Positions 12,153 through 25,744 of a stretch of 64,000 nucleotides of DNA are shown one piece after another. The notes beneath the pieces were generated by a model. The model made no database searches. It saw only the letters and a program-made list of their open reading frames with translations, and had not been told where the DNA came from. This DNA is from the human T2T-CHM13v2.0 reference genome, Homo sapiens, in assembly GCF_009914755.1 (NCBI RefSeq), contig NC_060930.1. One strand, 5' to 3'. Both the position numbers and the translations under genes were made by a program. Position 1 is the stretch's first letter; every line of letters begins with the position of its first letter.

Positions 12153-13361
12153 CTTTTGTCTACATATCAGTTTTTTAGTGCATTTTATTTTGGATTTGTT
12201 GACCAGAAATTTACATATTTATAAAGTTTTTTTTCAATACAGATACTAAAAATGTATTCACGGTTTTAATAGCATACTATTATTACTCCTTTGAGGCTAA
12301 TGATTTCTCAAATGTAATAATAGGTTTATATAGTGCTTCTGTATTTTCTACTCAAACATTCTTTGGAACGATGTACCATGTAAATGGGGCTTGTCAGAAA
12401 TCTGCTGCCATCATACTCTTACATAAATATTATGTTTTTTTCTATCTTGTGGCAAACAGATAACTAGTAGAAAACAGTAAGTTTCCATACAGAAAATAAT
12501 ACAGGGAAAAATGTTAATTTTAAGTAATGAAGTCCACTGCATGTTTCACAAAGGAAACTACTCATACTACAGTTATTCATCGCATACAAAAAAAAGAACT
12601 TCTTCAGGACTTTAAAAATTTTTATCTATATAGTCTCTAGCAAAAGGAAAAGGGGAGTGGATGTATTTGATTAAATGATTTGTCTCTGGTTTGAAAGTGG
12701 AAGCCTGAGTTGAGCCAAATGCACAAACAGTCCCTAGTGTCTTCTCTTGTGTTAACGCCACACTGGAAATTTCCCTCGCTCCCTCAGATACACATTAAAG
12801 GAAATACCAGGGGGAAGGATTTTAGCAGTTTCTTGGTCATTTCAATGATTTGAGATGTGGTTTTTTAGTCTGAGGCAAGTGAGGGGGGTGGAGAGGAGAC
12901 TGGGTTCTTCAAAGTTCCTAAAATGTGTATTTAGATGAGTCTGTGGTTAAACCTGAGCTGTGTGGTCTTCTGTGGTCTGCCCCAAACTCAAGTGAATCAG
13001 TTCCTGCTCTTCACGACCTTGGGGATCCGGCACTCAGGCCATGAGGCAGAGACTACGGTGCTTCAACATTCAAGTGCGCCTCTAAGCTAGAGCCTTAAAA
13101 ACCACACAGCTCAGGCTGAACTCCTGTCAGATACTTATAATGTTCTCAATGTCAAGATGTTAAAAGTATATTTTTCATCAGATTTTAAAAATAAAAGCAA
13201 CATCGTTATGCAAAAATATAACATAACTAAGGACTGATTTTTCAATAAAATAAATTTTATGCTAATTATAATGTAATTGTATAGCCTATTTATAAGATGA
13301 CTTTTTGCTGATAGGAATAATATTTGGCAAATCTCTCCCTCTTAGTCTCTGTTTCTCTTTC

Positions 13362-13450
13362 TACATATATACATATATAATATACACATATGTGTATGTA
13401 TATATGTATATATCTCTATATATGTGTATCAATCTACATATATATATATA
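13362..13450. repeat. (TA)n/(TATG)-like microsatellite
   Basis: tacatatatacatatataatatacacatatgtgtatgtatatatgtatata... Confidence 0.85.
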
Positions 13451-14960
13451 AATCCATAATGCTCAGTTTAATCTCCGTTACCTATAACTGTGAATGCAGA
13501 CCATGTATGTGGTCACCCATTCCACACTGTAAAATCTTGAAGGAAAAGAAACACACTAAGCATATGTTTGAAAAAATACAAATTCAATATGTTTAAAAAC
13601 ATATAAATTCAATACATTAGCTAATATTTCTTCTACAGATTCACTACCGTAAAATAAAATCTTATTTTTTTACTTTGATTTTTCTTTAGTTCTAGTAACT
13701 CCATATTAGATGTATATGTGAAAGCTGTCCAGAAATTGCACACTTAAGATTGTTAGAGTGGATTTTTTGGCTACTCTAAGAAGAATGGCGAGTTGTGGCG
13801 TGGTGTTTTTTGTTTTTTAATCTACAACAAAAAATGCAGGTGAATAAGTCTCAAGGAATGATAATTTTAAGGAGGCCGTTTTCTGCTCCATTCCTTTTAA
13901 GTGTTCCCTGAACTCCCTCTCTCTCGTGTACCCACAAACACACAACACCCGCACACATACATGCACACATTCTTCCAAAGCTGAGTCACAGCTGTCCCCT
14001 TAGGCAGGGGGGCATATATATTCCAGCCTGGCCCACTGCACTCGTGACTGGCCAGAATCTTTGTGCCCTTCCACTAGAAGTTCTTCTTTTTCCTTTATGT
14101 CTAAATTTTACTTGTGCTTTAAGGGACAACTCATATTTCATTTCCATAGTTTTTCATAATTTTCCTCCAAGCTAGAAATAAGTTCTCCCCTGAACTCTCA
14201 TGCCACTGTTTCTGTACTTCTCTTAGGACTTTTCAAATATTCTATCTTGTTATTTACATGCATTTCTGATATCCTCTGGTGGACTCTAAGTGCCTGGAGG
14301 GCAGGAGTCATGTCTGATCCATTTTATATTTCTTAAGGGACTTAGCACAATAATGTTCACACAATAAATGTTTGTTGAATTATTTGTGGAATTTATTTTA
14401 GTATTGCTTACAGTGATACACATCAAGTCACACACTCATAGGTATTTATTGAACAACTATTAAATTAAATGTTTATTGCTATTTTAAGCAGTTAGGGTAC
14501 TATAGAGTCTCTGAGGCAACTCTCAGTCTATTGAAGATATAAGATACATATGTGAAACAAGTAATGTCCTTAAAATATGGAGTAAGATTAATTATTCTAA
14601 CGAAATGGAAGCTCAGAAGAGTTTAAGTGTCCACCAAGGATCACCATAAATAAATGGCACGCCAATATTAGAGCCCAGGTCTCGTGACTCCTACCCTAGA
14701 GATATTTTCATGACAACATGGTGCTTCTACTTGTTCCTTTTGGATTATTAAGTCCCCAAGTCAAACAATAACAAGTTATATGGAAACATTCTCAGGCAAG
14801 GAATAGAGGCGTAAAATTGAAAACATGCATCATTGTTCATGGTGGTGGTGAGGCTAGTGGCTGATTGTAGCAGAAAAGCATAGCTAATCCAATATAAATT
14901 TCAAGCCAACTTCAATTTTCAGATTGTCTTCAGACTGTGTAAAAACACAGCCAATTTTTT

Positions 14961-15086
14961 TTATTATTATTATACTTTAAGTTCTGGGGTACATGTGCAT
15001 AACGTGGACACAGGAAGGGGAACATCCCATATCGGGGCCTGTCGTGGGGTGAGGGCAAGGGGGAGGGAAAGCATTAGGAGATATAC
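14961..15086 (-). mobile_element. Ultra-short L1PA 3'UTR insertion with 5' inversion
   Basis: Minus-strand L1 end (ttattatactttaagttctggggtacatgtgc) joined to a plus-strand 3'UTR piece (ggacacaggaaggggaacatc...gcattaggagatatac); 16-bp TSD 14945-14960 / 15087-15102. Confidence 0.9.
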
Positions 15087-15373
15087 ACGCAGCCAATTTT
15101 TTAAAAGTCAGTCAAAAAATCATTGCTTTAGAAAGTTGAATCTGTAAATTTTGAACCATTCGCTGCTTTAGTTTTCCAGGGTTATCCATGTCTCTAGCAT
15201 GTCAATTTACACAGTTTTTCATGGTGACAAAATCATCCTGCCCCTGAGATGCTTCTGTAGTTAGATTTGTAACTGGGGTAGTATGGCAGAAAAAGGCTGT
15301 CAGAACCAAAAACTGTAGAATGTAGAGATGAGAGAAAGCTTGGCAATCAATGAAAATGGTGATGATTTTCAGG

Positions 15374-16026
15374 TGAAAAAAAAAAAAATCCAAACTTAGG
15401 GAAGAAGAAATTGTATTTGAAAAGACTGCTGCAATAGAAGCGGGTATTGCAATAGGGAGTGCACTCCGACTGTAATATCTACAAGCATCTCCGAGTTCAG
15501 GCAGAAAGGCTTTTCTTTAATACCGAGGTAAACAGGAAAAGAAAAAGCTGGGTACCAGAGCATTGGGTGAGTAGGTGTGGTGATCAGGTATTTGAGCAGG
15601 AAACGTCTTCTTTGTGGTTAGCCAGTTCTGAGCGGTACGGTGAGGGGTGGTAGCTCTACTTTCCAGTGCTTGGTTAAGCTCCCAACACTTGTTTAAATTC
15701 AAAGGCAGTCCAAAGTTCTAAGTCCTGGTGAAAGCAAGAAGCCTGAATTAGGTTTGGTCAAGTTATCAAATATTATTTTCAGATTGGTTAGCAGGGACAA
15801 ACAATTCAGCTAGTAATTTCCAAGATAAAAAATAGGAATTTGGAAGGTTTGTGTCTCACTTTGTTATAGTGTTTGTAAACAAACAAGGGATTCATCTATG
15901 AGGTTTATCTAAGTAATATGGAGAAGAATGGGTGTTTGTAGTGAGTCATTTCTGGAAACACAAAAAGGTGGGAAGTTTTTTGACCCTTGCTGCTTTTCAA
16001 GAACACAGGTAAAGTTCATTATCACA
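15374..16026 (-). mobile_element. Solo LTR, MER67-like (ERV1)
   Basis: Ends ...gaacacaggtaaagttcattatcaca; contains ctattgcaatag-type motifs and ggcagaaaggcttttcttt; homologous to 57809-58516. Confidence 0.6.
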
Positions 16027-16310
16027 GGTGAGTCCACTGGAATAGGAAGAATTTTTCAAAAATTGTCATTGGTGTTCAGCCAACAGTGATTACAAGAAAG
16101 GATTTTTCTCATAGTAGACAAATAGTAGTGGCTTTTTAAGCAGAAATAACTGCAAAGTAAAAGTGTAAATATTACAAGCTAGATGAGAACATTTAATTTT
16201 AATGCTGAGCTTGCCAATCATCTCTTGGGTTGGACTCCTGCTTATAAAACCTGGCACTCTGGTTTGTAAATTTGTCCTTAAAATGTCATAACATGAGTCC
16301 ATAAGCCTGG

Positions 16311-17175
<865 letters not shown>

Positions 17176-18292
17176 AAGTAAGCTAATAGACTGGCACCTC
17201 AAAACCAACTAAATTGATAAGACCCATCCATGGGCTCAATCAGCTAGAGGACAGTCACCTGTCCCAAAACACCCAGCCAGAAACATCTGGCAAATCTTAC
17301 CCTTACATAAAAGCAAATGATTCATTGTGAAAATGATTCTCTCTTAGCAACCACCAATGTATGAGTCTCAAAAGCCTCTTGAGGGGTTGCTGAGTACACC
17401 TCCCTTCCCACTATCCACTAACCTCCAGGAAGAAAGGCGAGCTCGCCGTTAAAAAGGGATTTTCAACAAAAGAGAATAATCTCAGTAATTAGAGTCGAAG
17501 GTTAGCCTTTCAATTTCTATTCTTTTATTTTACCAGCTACAAGTGTGTATCAATTTTTCAGATTAATTCCTAAACTAGCATTATCCTGTTTCCCCTCTCT
17601 CAAAATTAGAATTTCACTTCTAAGATTCATAATGAATTTTATACATAGAATGGAATATAATTTTATGTAGCAATTATGTTGTGCTTTATCCTAAAGTGGA
17701 CTTGAGGTGGTTTATAAAGATACATACTTTTTTAATACATCCAACAAATATATATTCAGAATTAGCTGCAGTCTAGATACTGTGTTAGAAGTGGGTGATG
17801 TGATATTGAACAAGACATGGTTCCCATTTTTAAGGGACTTAGGGTCTCTGAGGTCATACAGACTGACAAATCAAACTGTAAGAGTTTGATGGATTTACGT
17901 GGAAAATAAATAAGGGCGTACTTATTTATTTCCAAGAACGGGCATTGATACAGGTTGCTAGAAAATAATAGGAAGGACAATCAAGGTGATACAGAGGCTA
18001 ATGTAGTACCTAAAATGTATGCCTCGAGGTCTTAGACTTTTCCCTGGAGCTTTGCCAAGTGATGACCTTGAGCTTCCTAGCAACCAATGCAAATACGGAA
18101 ACTACATTTAGTTGTGTAGTTCACAGTGCCTCTAAAATAAAAGCCAACATTTCCTCTGTAGAAACAGAAAACCAAGAGGTGCCTCTTGTTAACCCTCATG
18201 CTTCATTCCACGGTAAATTTTTTATCAATAACATTCTTATAAAATCTCAGAGTTTTATAGAGATGCTTCTTATGTTCCTTCTTGAAGGGTAA

Positions 18293-18713
18293 TGTGGTGG
18301 TGTATTTATGTGTCAACTTCACAAGGCCACAGTAGCCAGATATTTAGTCAAATAGCATTCCACATGTCACTATGAAGGTATTTTTTAAGATGAGACTAAC
18401 ATTTAAATCAGTAGACTTTGAGTAAAGCCGATTCCCCTCAGTACTGTGGATGGCCTCATCAAATCAGTTGAAAGCATTAGGAGAAAAACACCGAGGTCCC
18501 CTGAGGAAAAAGGAATTCTGCCTCCTGACTGCCTTCAAACTACAGCTACAACAACCACCCTTTCTAGAGCCTCCAGCTGCTGGCTTGCCCTGCAGATTAG
18601 GGACTTACCAGCCCCTACAATCACATGAGTCAATTCTTAAAGATACATCTCTTTCTGTATATATGCACTTATCCTATCTATCCATGTTTCTCTGGAGAAA
18701 CTTGGCTAATAAA
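18293..18713 (+). mobile_element. MLT2 (ERVL) solo LTR, MLT2C/D-like
   Basis: Starts tgtggtggt..ttatgtgtcaactt; contains gatgagactaacatttaaatcagtagactttgagtaaagc; ends tctctggagaaacttggctaata. Confidence 0.85.
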
Positions 18714-18899
18714 ATTAAAGGCTTTACATCCAAGTACCATCAACAGAAACAGTTTTTCACAGGGTCAGTACAATGTGCTACATGTATAAAGCTCTCTCAT
18801 GGTCTGGCTGAATAAAAGAAAAATAGTAGAACATCTATTCTACTTCAAGAACTCACCCAAGAATAGGATTTCTCAAAACAGAGGTTTAGGTAACAATTT

Positions 18900-19100
18900 T
18901 AAGCTTTCTGAGTGCTTGTAAATACTTTCTTTATAAATGTTTATTTAATCCTCATAAGAAATCTATAAGGCATATTCTATCATTATTTTCATTTTACAAA
19001 TAAAGAAACTGAGGTACATATCTTCTCCAATATCACACAAGGTAGCAAATGCCAGAGCCAGAATTCATCCTCACTGCTTAGTTTTACAGTCTAAGTTCTC
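18900..19100 (-). mobile_element. MIR
   Basis: tttaatcctcataagaaatctataagg...cattttacaaataaagaaactgaggtaca. Confidence 0.75.
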
Positions 19101-20249
19101 AACTACTCTGCTGAAGAGTGAATAATTTTTAGTCTGCAGAAAGTTTAAGGTTAAATTCACTGGTCTGGCAGGTATTTGGATTGAATTAAGATTAGATCTG
19201 CATGCCTCATTGTCTGCAGAACCTTGCATAGAAACATGGTATCCAGAAGGCCTCTCCCCCTCCGTGGAGAAGAATGTTGAAGAATTGCCAAGAACTTCCT
19301 CAGAACACAAGTTTGGGTTTAGTTCAACATATAGGAGACTGAGATCCCAAAGTTGTGCATCATAAAACATGGAAAGAATAACTTTTGCTTAGAGAATATG
19401 ATCTTCAGTTTACTAAAGCATGCTGTGTCCACAGAAGTGTTCTTTTTAATTTCAATATTCATGAAACATCTAACTTTTAAGTGATGGAATTTTCCAGTGA
19501 CCTGTATAGGATAAACTGGCTGCAAAATATAATCCAAAGTGACCAGTATTAATTATCCAATTAGATATGCACTAAAAATTATGATTAGAGCTTTGAAATT
19601 GTGAATTGAGAATCATACATCCAGATAATGATTATATCAGAGGATAAGATATGTCATATGGCTCTATTATTTCATGACCATAAGATCATGTTATAAGAGG
19701 AAGGATGCTACAGGAGATATGTTTTTCTTTCTCTGAGTTGTGGTGAGGAAGCTAATATATCCAGCTCATCAAGAAGTAGTAGCAAGTCATTAATGGGAAG
19801 AGAAGCTAAAACACAGCTTTGTTTTGTCTCACTGTGAATTATCCAGAATTGGCCCCTTGGAGGGATCATTACCACAAACCTGGACACTCAAGGTAAGATT
19901 AAGACATAGGTTATGTATAAGCATATAAGCTGGAGAATCATAAAGGTGAATAAAAGCTGCTGATAGTCTTAGGTTTTTTGGTTTTGTTTTTTGTTTTCCC
20001 TCATAGAATTTCCATCAAAGTGAAAAAGAGCATAATAATAATCAAAGAAGGATTAGCTGTGTTCCCAGAGCTCAGTAGCATTCTTTTCAAATACTGTCCT
20101 GAGAAGCCCAGACTTGATTTTTTGTCACTGTAGGAAACCACTATGAGTTTTGGATGAAATGTCTCACAACTAGTGAGTAGTTGCAATTTTAAAAGGAGTA
20201 GCATGCTTCTAAATTTTTTTATTCTTAAAAATAAATTTTATTCTAATAA

Positions 20250-20543
<294 letters not shown>

Positions 20544-22336
20544 CATCTAATAACCTTTTTCAACATTAGCCCTGAGCAGGATTAATAATAATTCTGAGGA
20601 TACAAATGTCAAATTTCTCAGATATGTTTACAGATAAAGTTTTGTATCTTATATAGATTTATAGTGTATAGTTGTCATTTGAGTTATGTAATCAGACTGA
20701 TTTGAATGGTTTTAGATATATTTCTATACAAGCTCTGACCATCTGATGCCTTTAATAAGAACAGCAAAGTCTATGCCAGGTGGTTCTTGTGCCTAGCCTG
20801 GGAGGGATTTCACATGGTTGCTCCTTCCTGATCCTCCTCTTCATGAGAGCAGAGGGACATTGAGCACGGGAATCATCTGTTGGGGTCCTTCTCTTGCTGT
20901 CCAGCCTTCCTAGTGACTCAAGTATCAGGAAAGCTGAATAAAGAATGGAGCAAATTCATGACAGGGCCTCCTCCTCTCTTAGGGTCTTCAACCACCTCAT
21001 GACCTCCATGGACAGATTCGGCTGCCACCCTTTCCTAAAAAGAGGGATACTCCCACAAGTCACTTTCAGCAAACAGCCTCCACAACAAGGCAGTTCTGCT
21101 GGAAACTTTTCTTCCCTTTTGTTTCAGAATCTTGGAGCATGACCAGCTTTTAGGCAATTATCCATTTCCTTTTCACTTCCAGAGTTCTTTATATCCATCC
21201 TCTACGCAGATAAATCATATCAGATGACCCATCCAATTGGAGACTTTGGATAAAGCAGTTTATTTGCACAATCTCACTCTTGGTCATTCCTCAGACAGGT
21301 GAGAACTGGACCCACTTTTCTTCATGGAGAGATGCAAGTATAAAACATGACACTAATTATGCTTTGAACTGAGGCTCTCCAATTATGATCATGTCTCCCA
21401 ATTTTACTAACCCATGTACTCATTTGGCAGGAAGCCTGTTTGCTAAGCTCCCTTGAAGAGAAAAACATGAGGGTGCATATGAAGCTGTACTGGGGCTGGT
21501 TAACTCAGATGGTGTGGTGCTCATGATGGAGCACCAGCCTCAGTATGAGCCCAGCGCTATTCTCTTGCCGCAGAGAAAAGGCATGGAGGAGAAGGCCAAG
21601 ACAAACCTCTATCCCTGCCAAGTTCAGCAGTGAATCAGAGAGTACTTCATAGAAATCCATTCTGTGGCCTCCTGAACAGGGACCAGGCATTCATAATCAG
21701 CACAGTTTATTTTAATTGAGCAGCAGATCATTTATCTGATGACAAAAATTTTATTAGGATTTTCAGAATGCTTGAATTATAAGTACAGTGTGGTCTTTTT
21801 TTTTATATATTTTTATGAGGGTATCAAAAGCATCAGATCCTAGAGGTTGTTATATATCTATCTATATATAAATTTTTTAAAAGGTAATTCCATGAAGTGT
21901 GCTGCTATTATTGTGGAGTAGCCAAGAAATTGTTCACCAAGTATACAGATTTCTCAGGAACCCAAGCACAGACCCTCTGCCTGAATATTTACCCAGCATG
22001 TTTTCTAGGACATCACAGAGCTGAGGTTGCTTATGTTTCTGTTGACATCAACATGATGACCATGTGTTTATATAGCAGGATGCTAGCCCTTGTCCACAAT
22101 TTCAAATGCTTCACTCCACCACAGCTGTGCAGAGACCTTCCCTATTATAATGAGTATAATTAACTTCCAGAGTTGTAATTCTAACATGGTAGATTTTTCA
22201 GAATTTATCAGTTGACACTAAAAAATCTGCATATTATTTCATTCTTAGGGGAAATTATCTTACTTTCTTTAACTATGTATACAAGAAAAGATAGTAGGCC
22301 TTCATGGGTACTTGCCTAGCTGTATAAAGTATTCCT

Positions 22337-22721
<385 letters not shown>

Positions 22722-24551
22722 TTAGTTGTGTAGGAGGTGGGCCAGCAAAGTAGGACTAATAACTTTACTGTCTGAAGACCACTGTGTTGAATCTGATGAC
22801 CTGCTGAGGTCTACACTAACTTAAAAAGTCTATGATTCTGATGAAGGATTTTGACCCCCAAAATGTATATACATTATAATTAGTTATATTAGCAAAATAC
22901 ATAAAGATAATATTGGAGAAGTATCTTCCAGTGACGAGACCACATGATTCTGTATTCCCAAGGCAGAAGTTTCTGGAATCTAAATTCTCCCCATGGAATG
23001 CCATGTCATTATCAGCCCTGGTTTGTAAGTAATATAAAAGTGTTCCATGTCCTGTCCTGAAGGGAGAAGGTCATGATGTGTGCCTCATTCTGCTATTTGG
23101 CAAGGGCTTTGAATATTTGCAGCTTTTTTTTCTTGTAAATTTTTGTTTTTAATGAAAGTAAAATCACATGTGCATCCAAACTCAATTGAAAGAAAAGAGT
23201 TGTTAGCACTTTATAATAATCATCACACACCATCACGCTACAGGAAATAGCATGTAGTCCATTGTTGTTTTGGTAACATACCCTGGTACATCATCTGATA
23301 GATGTCATATTAAATGCTTTCTTTTTCCAGGGGAGAGAAAGAGAATATTGAAATATAAGATTGACCTGATGCAGTATAAATACCCATTTGCCCCAATAAT
23401 TTATCCTTTTTTCTGAGGACAAAGAATTTTTTTTCCTTTTCTGACTAGGACAAAAGCAATTAAGAGCTAAGTTATTAAAAAATCCATTATCAGATAGCAG
23501 AGTCATTTACTGATATAATCAGAAAAACTAAAGGGCAGTTTGAGATGTCAATGAGGAAGAATTTGAAGAGAAAGAAAGTCATACACTGCTAATATTGGTT
23601 GGTAACAAGGTGCACAAACTCTGGTGAGTTGTGGCCATTACTCAACCTTATTCATAAAAGCATTTTTCCCTCTTTGATTCCAAGCTGAATCTAGCTTCTG
23701 CAGTCAATTTTCTAATGTAAACGGCGAGTGTTCTGTATAGATTATTTGTTTATTTATTGCCCCAAGTCAGCTCCTGGTGAGTTGAGCCTTGCTTAAACTT
23801 ACTTTCTCTTCCTCTGCAGAGTTATAAGGCTCAGCAGGGCCATAGCTGCAGTCTCCAAACCTTGCCTGACCTTGAGCTTCACCTTGTCTACTATACCAAT
23901 TTTAGGAACATTCTAGAAAAGCTTCTCCAGGGCAGTGACTAACCCCAGGTACCCCTCGCACAATGGAACATTTGCAAACCTTGCAGCAATCACATCTGTT
24001 TTGTTGACCTCAGAGACTGATCTATCATTTCAAAAAGAAACACAAGAATCTCTTATTCCCTAGAAAAAGAACATTGTACAAAAGAAAAATTTGCCAGGTT
24101 TATTTGAAAATACACCCATAGGTAGGCTTCTTGGACCTTGAACTACTAAAGTAATGCAGAGAATTCTCTTCACTTACTTACGGTCCTACAATGAAAGCTG
24201 ATGATGACCTTTAAAAATGTTATCTCACCACAGAATAATAAAAATTATTAAAATAGCTTCAACATCTCTCCTTGTATGTAAAAAAACACACCACTTTACC
24301 TGCAGTCTAGCATGTTTTGGAGCATTTTGAAAGATTTTCAGACAATAGAAATTTTTTACCCCAAGTTATGGTTACATAGAAGACAGGTATTCAAATTACT
24401 TAAATTATTAAAATAGAGTAGGGCACCCTGCCTATGCTGTCACTGTCAACAGCACTGAGCATTGGAGTAGATAACTACTGTCACAAAGCAATGTCAGTCT
24501 CTAGCCAAGCATGTAGGAAGATGGACACATCTTAAAAAAAAAAAAAAACAA

Positions 24552-24870
24552 AGTCAGGTGGGTTGGCTGTAATCCCAGCATGTAATCACGCCTGTAATCC
24601 CAGCACTTTGAGAGGCCAAGGTGGGCGGATCACGAGGTCAAGAGATGGACACAATCCTTGCCAACATGATGAAACCCTGTCTCTATTAAAAATACAAAAA
24701 TTAGCTGGGCTTGGTGGCGTGTGCCTGTAGTCCCAACTACTCGGGAGGCTGGGGCAGGAGAATCGCTTGAACTTGGGAGGCGGAGGTTGCAGTGGGCTGA
24801 GATCAGCCACTGCACTCCAGCCTGATGACAGGGCAAGACTCTGTCTCAAAACAAAACAAAACAAAAAAAA
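24552..24870 (+). mobile_element. AluSc-like with an 18-nt insertion near its 5' end
   Basis: cacgaggtcaagagat and cctgatgaca Sc diagnostics; (AAAAC)n tail. Confidence 0.9.
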
Positions 24871-24872
24871 GT

Positions 24873-24980
24873 GTTGGATATCTCATGTAATTTATTGCAT
24901 ACTCTACTGAAAATGAAAAAGAATAGTCGTAAGGTACTCATGTTTTGTTTTCAAACCATTATACAGTCAAAAAATCCTAA
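24873..24980. mobile_element. Tigger4/MER46 (Zombi) DNA transposon fragment
   Basis: atatctcatgtaatttattgcatactctactgaaaatgaaaaagaatagtcgtaaggtactc resembles the Tigger4 consensus (from recall). Confidence 0.7.
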
Positions 24981-24984
24981 AACA

Positions 24985-25058
24985 GGCTGGGCGCAGCGGC
25001 TCATGCCTGTAATCCCAGCACTTTATAAAAATAAAAAATAATAAATAAATAAATAAAA
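24985..25058 (+). mobile_element. Alu 5' stub (40 nt) fused to an A-rich tail
   Basis: ggctgggcgcagcggctcatgcctgtaatcccagcacttt directly followed by ataaaaataaaaaataataaataaat. Confidence 0.85.
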
Positions 25059-25744
25059 CCTTGGTCTTCATTTGTTCAAGTTGCTTTTCATCAAATGGTT
25101 GAAATTAGGGCTTCACAGAGATCATTTCATTACAGTTTTGTGGTCAGTGTAACCCCACATTTAATACTCCCATTTTTGAGAGAAGATAAATATTTTCATT
25201 AAATAACTCAAAAAGTTAGCTGCACAACTTGTTTTAGAACAAAACCTTTTCATAGCATGTGCCCCCACCTCCCTTTATCATCACCCAAGTACTTGAAAAA
25301 TTACAAGAAGAAAGAAAACATGATGACAAGAAAATTGCTTCTGAATTATCATGTTCTACAGAAAGAAAGGTATTTAAGAAAACATTTAAAAGATAATTAA
25401 AGGCTAAAAAAAAGGAGTTTTGTGGCAAAGGGATTCAAATTTCTGTTGTGCTTCAGCTGTGGAGCTGACCCATGCCTGTTTTCTGAGTATTTGATCCATG
25501 CGAAGCACAGCCAAATGGGACACCTGGTGCTGTGGTTGCCAGCAGTGAAGCGGACATGTATCAGGGTTCTACTCAATATGCAAACCATTTTCAGACTTTA
25601 TAGTAATTTAAAAGTTCCTCTTAAAGTATCCTTTGTGTGTCAACAAAAAAGAACCAAAATGCTGTGTACAGAGCTTTCAGGGGGGTAGAGATTGGATGCT
25701 GTAGGCTGCAAAGTGAGACAGCCATCCCCAGTTGTCCTATAGCA

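Larger units (their letters stand above)
11550..12170 (+). other. ADGRB3: ADGRB3 3'UTR
   Basis: Repeat-free AU-rich sequence from the stop codon to ~17 nt past the distal AATAAA; the exact 3' end is inferred. Confidence 0.85.
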
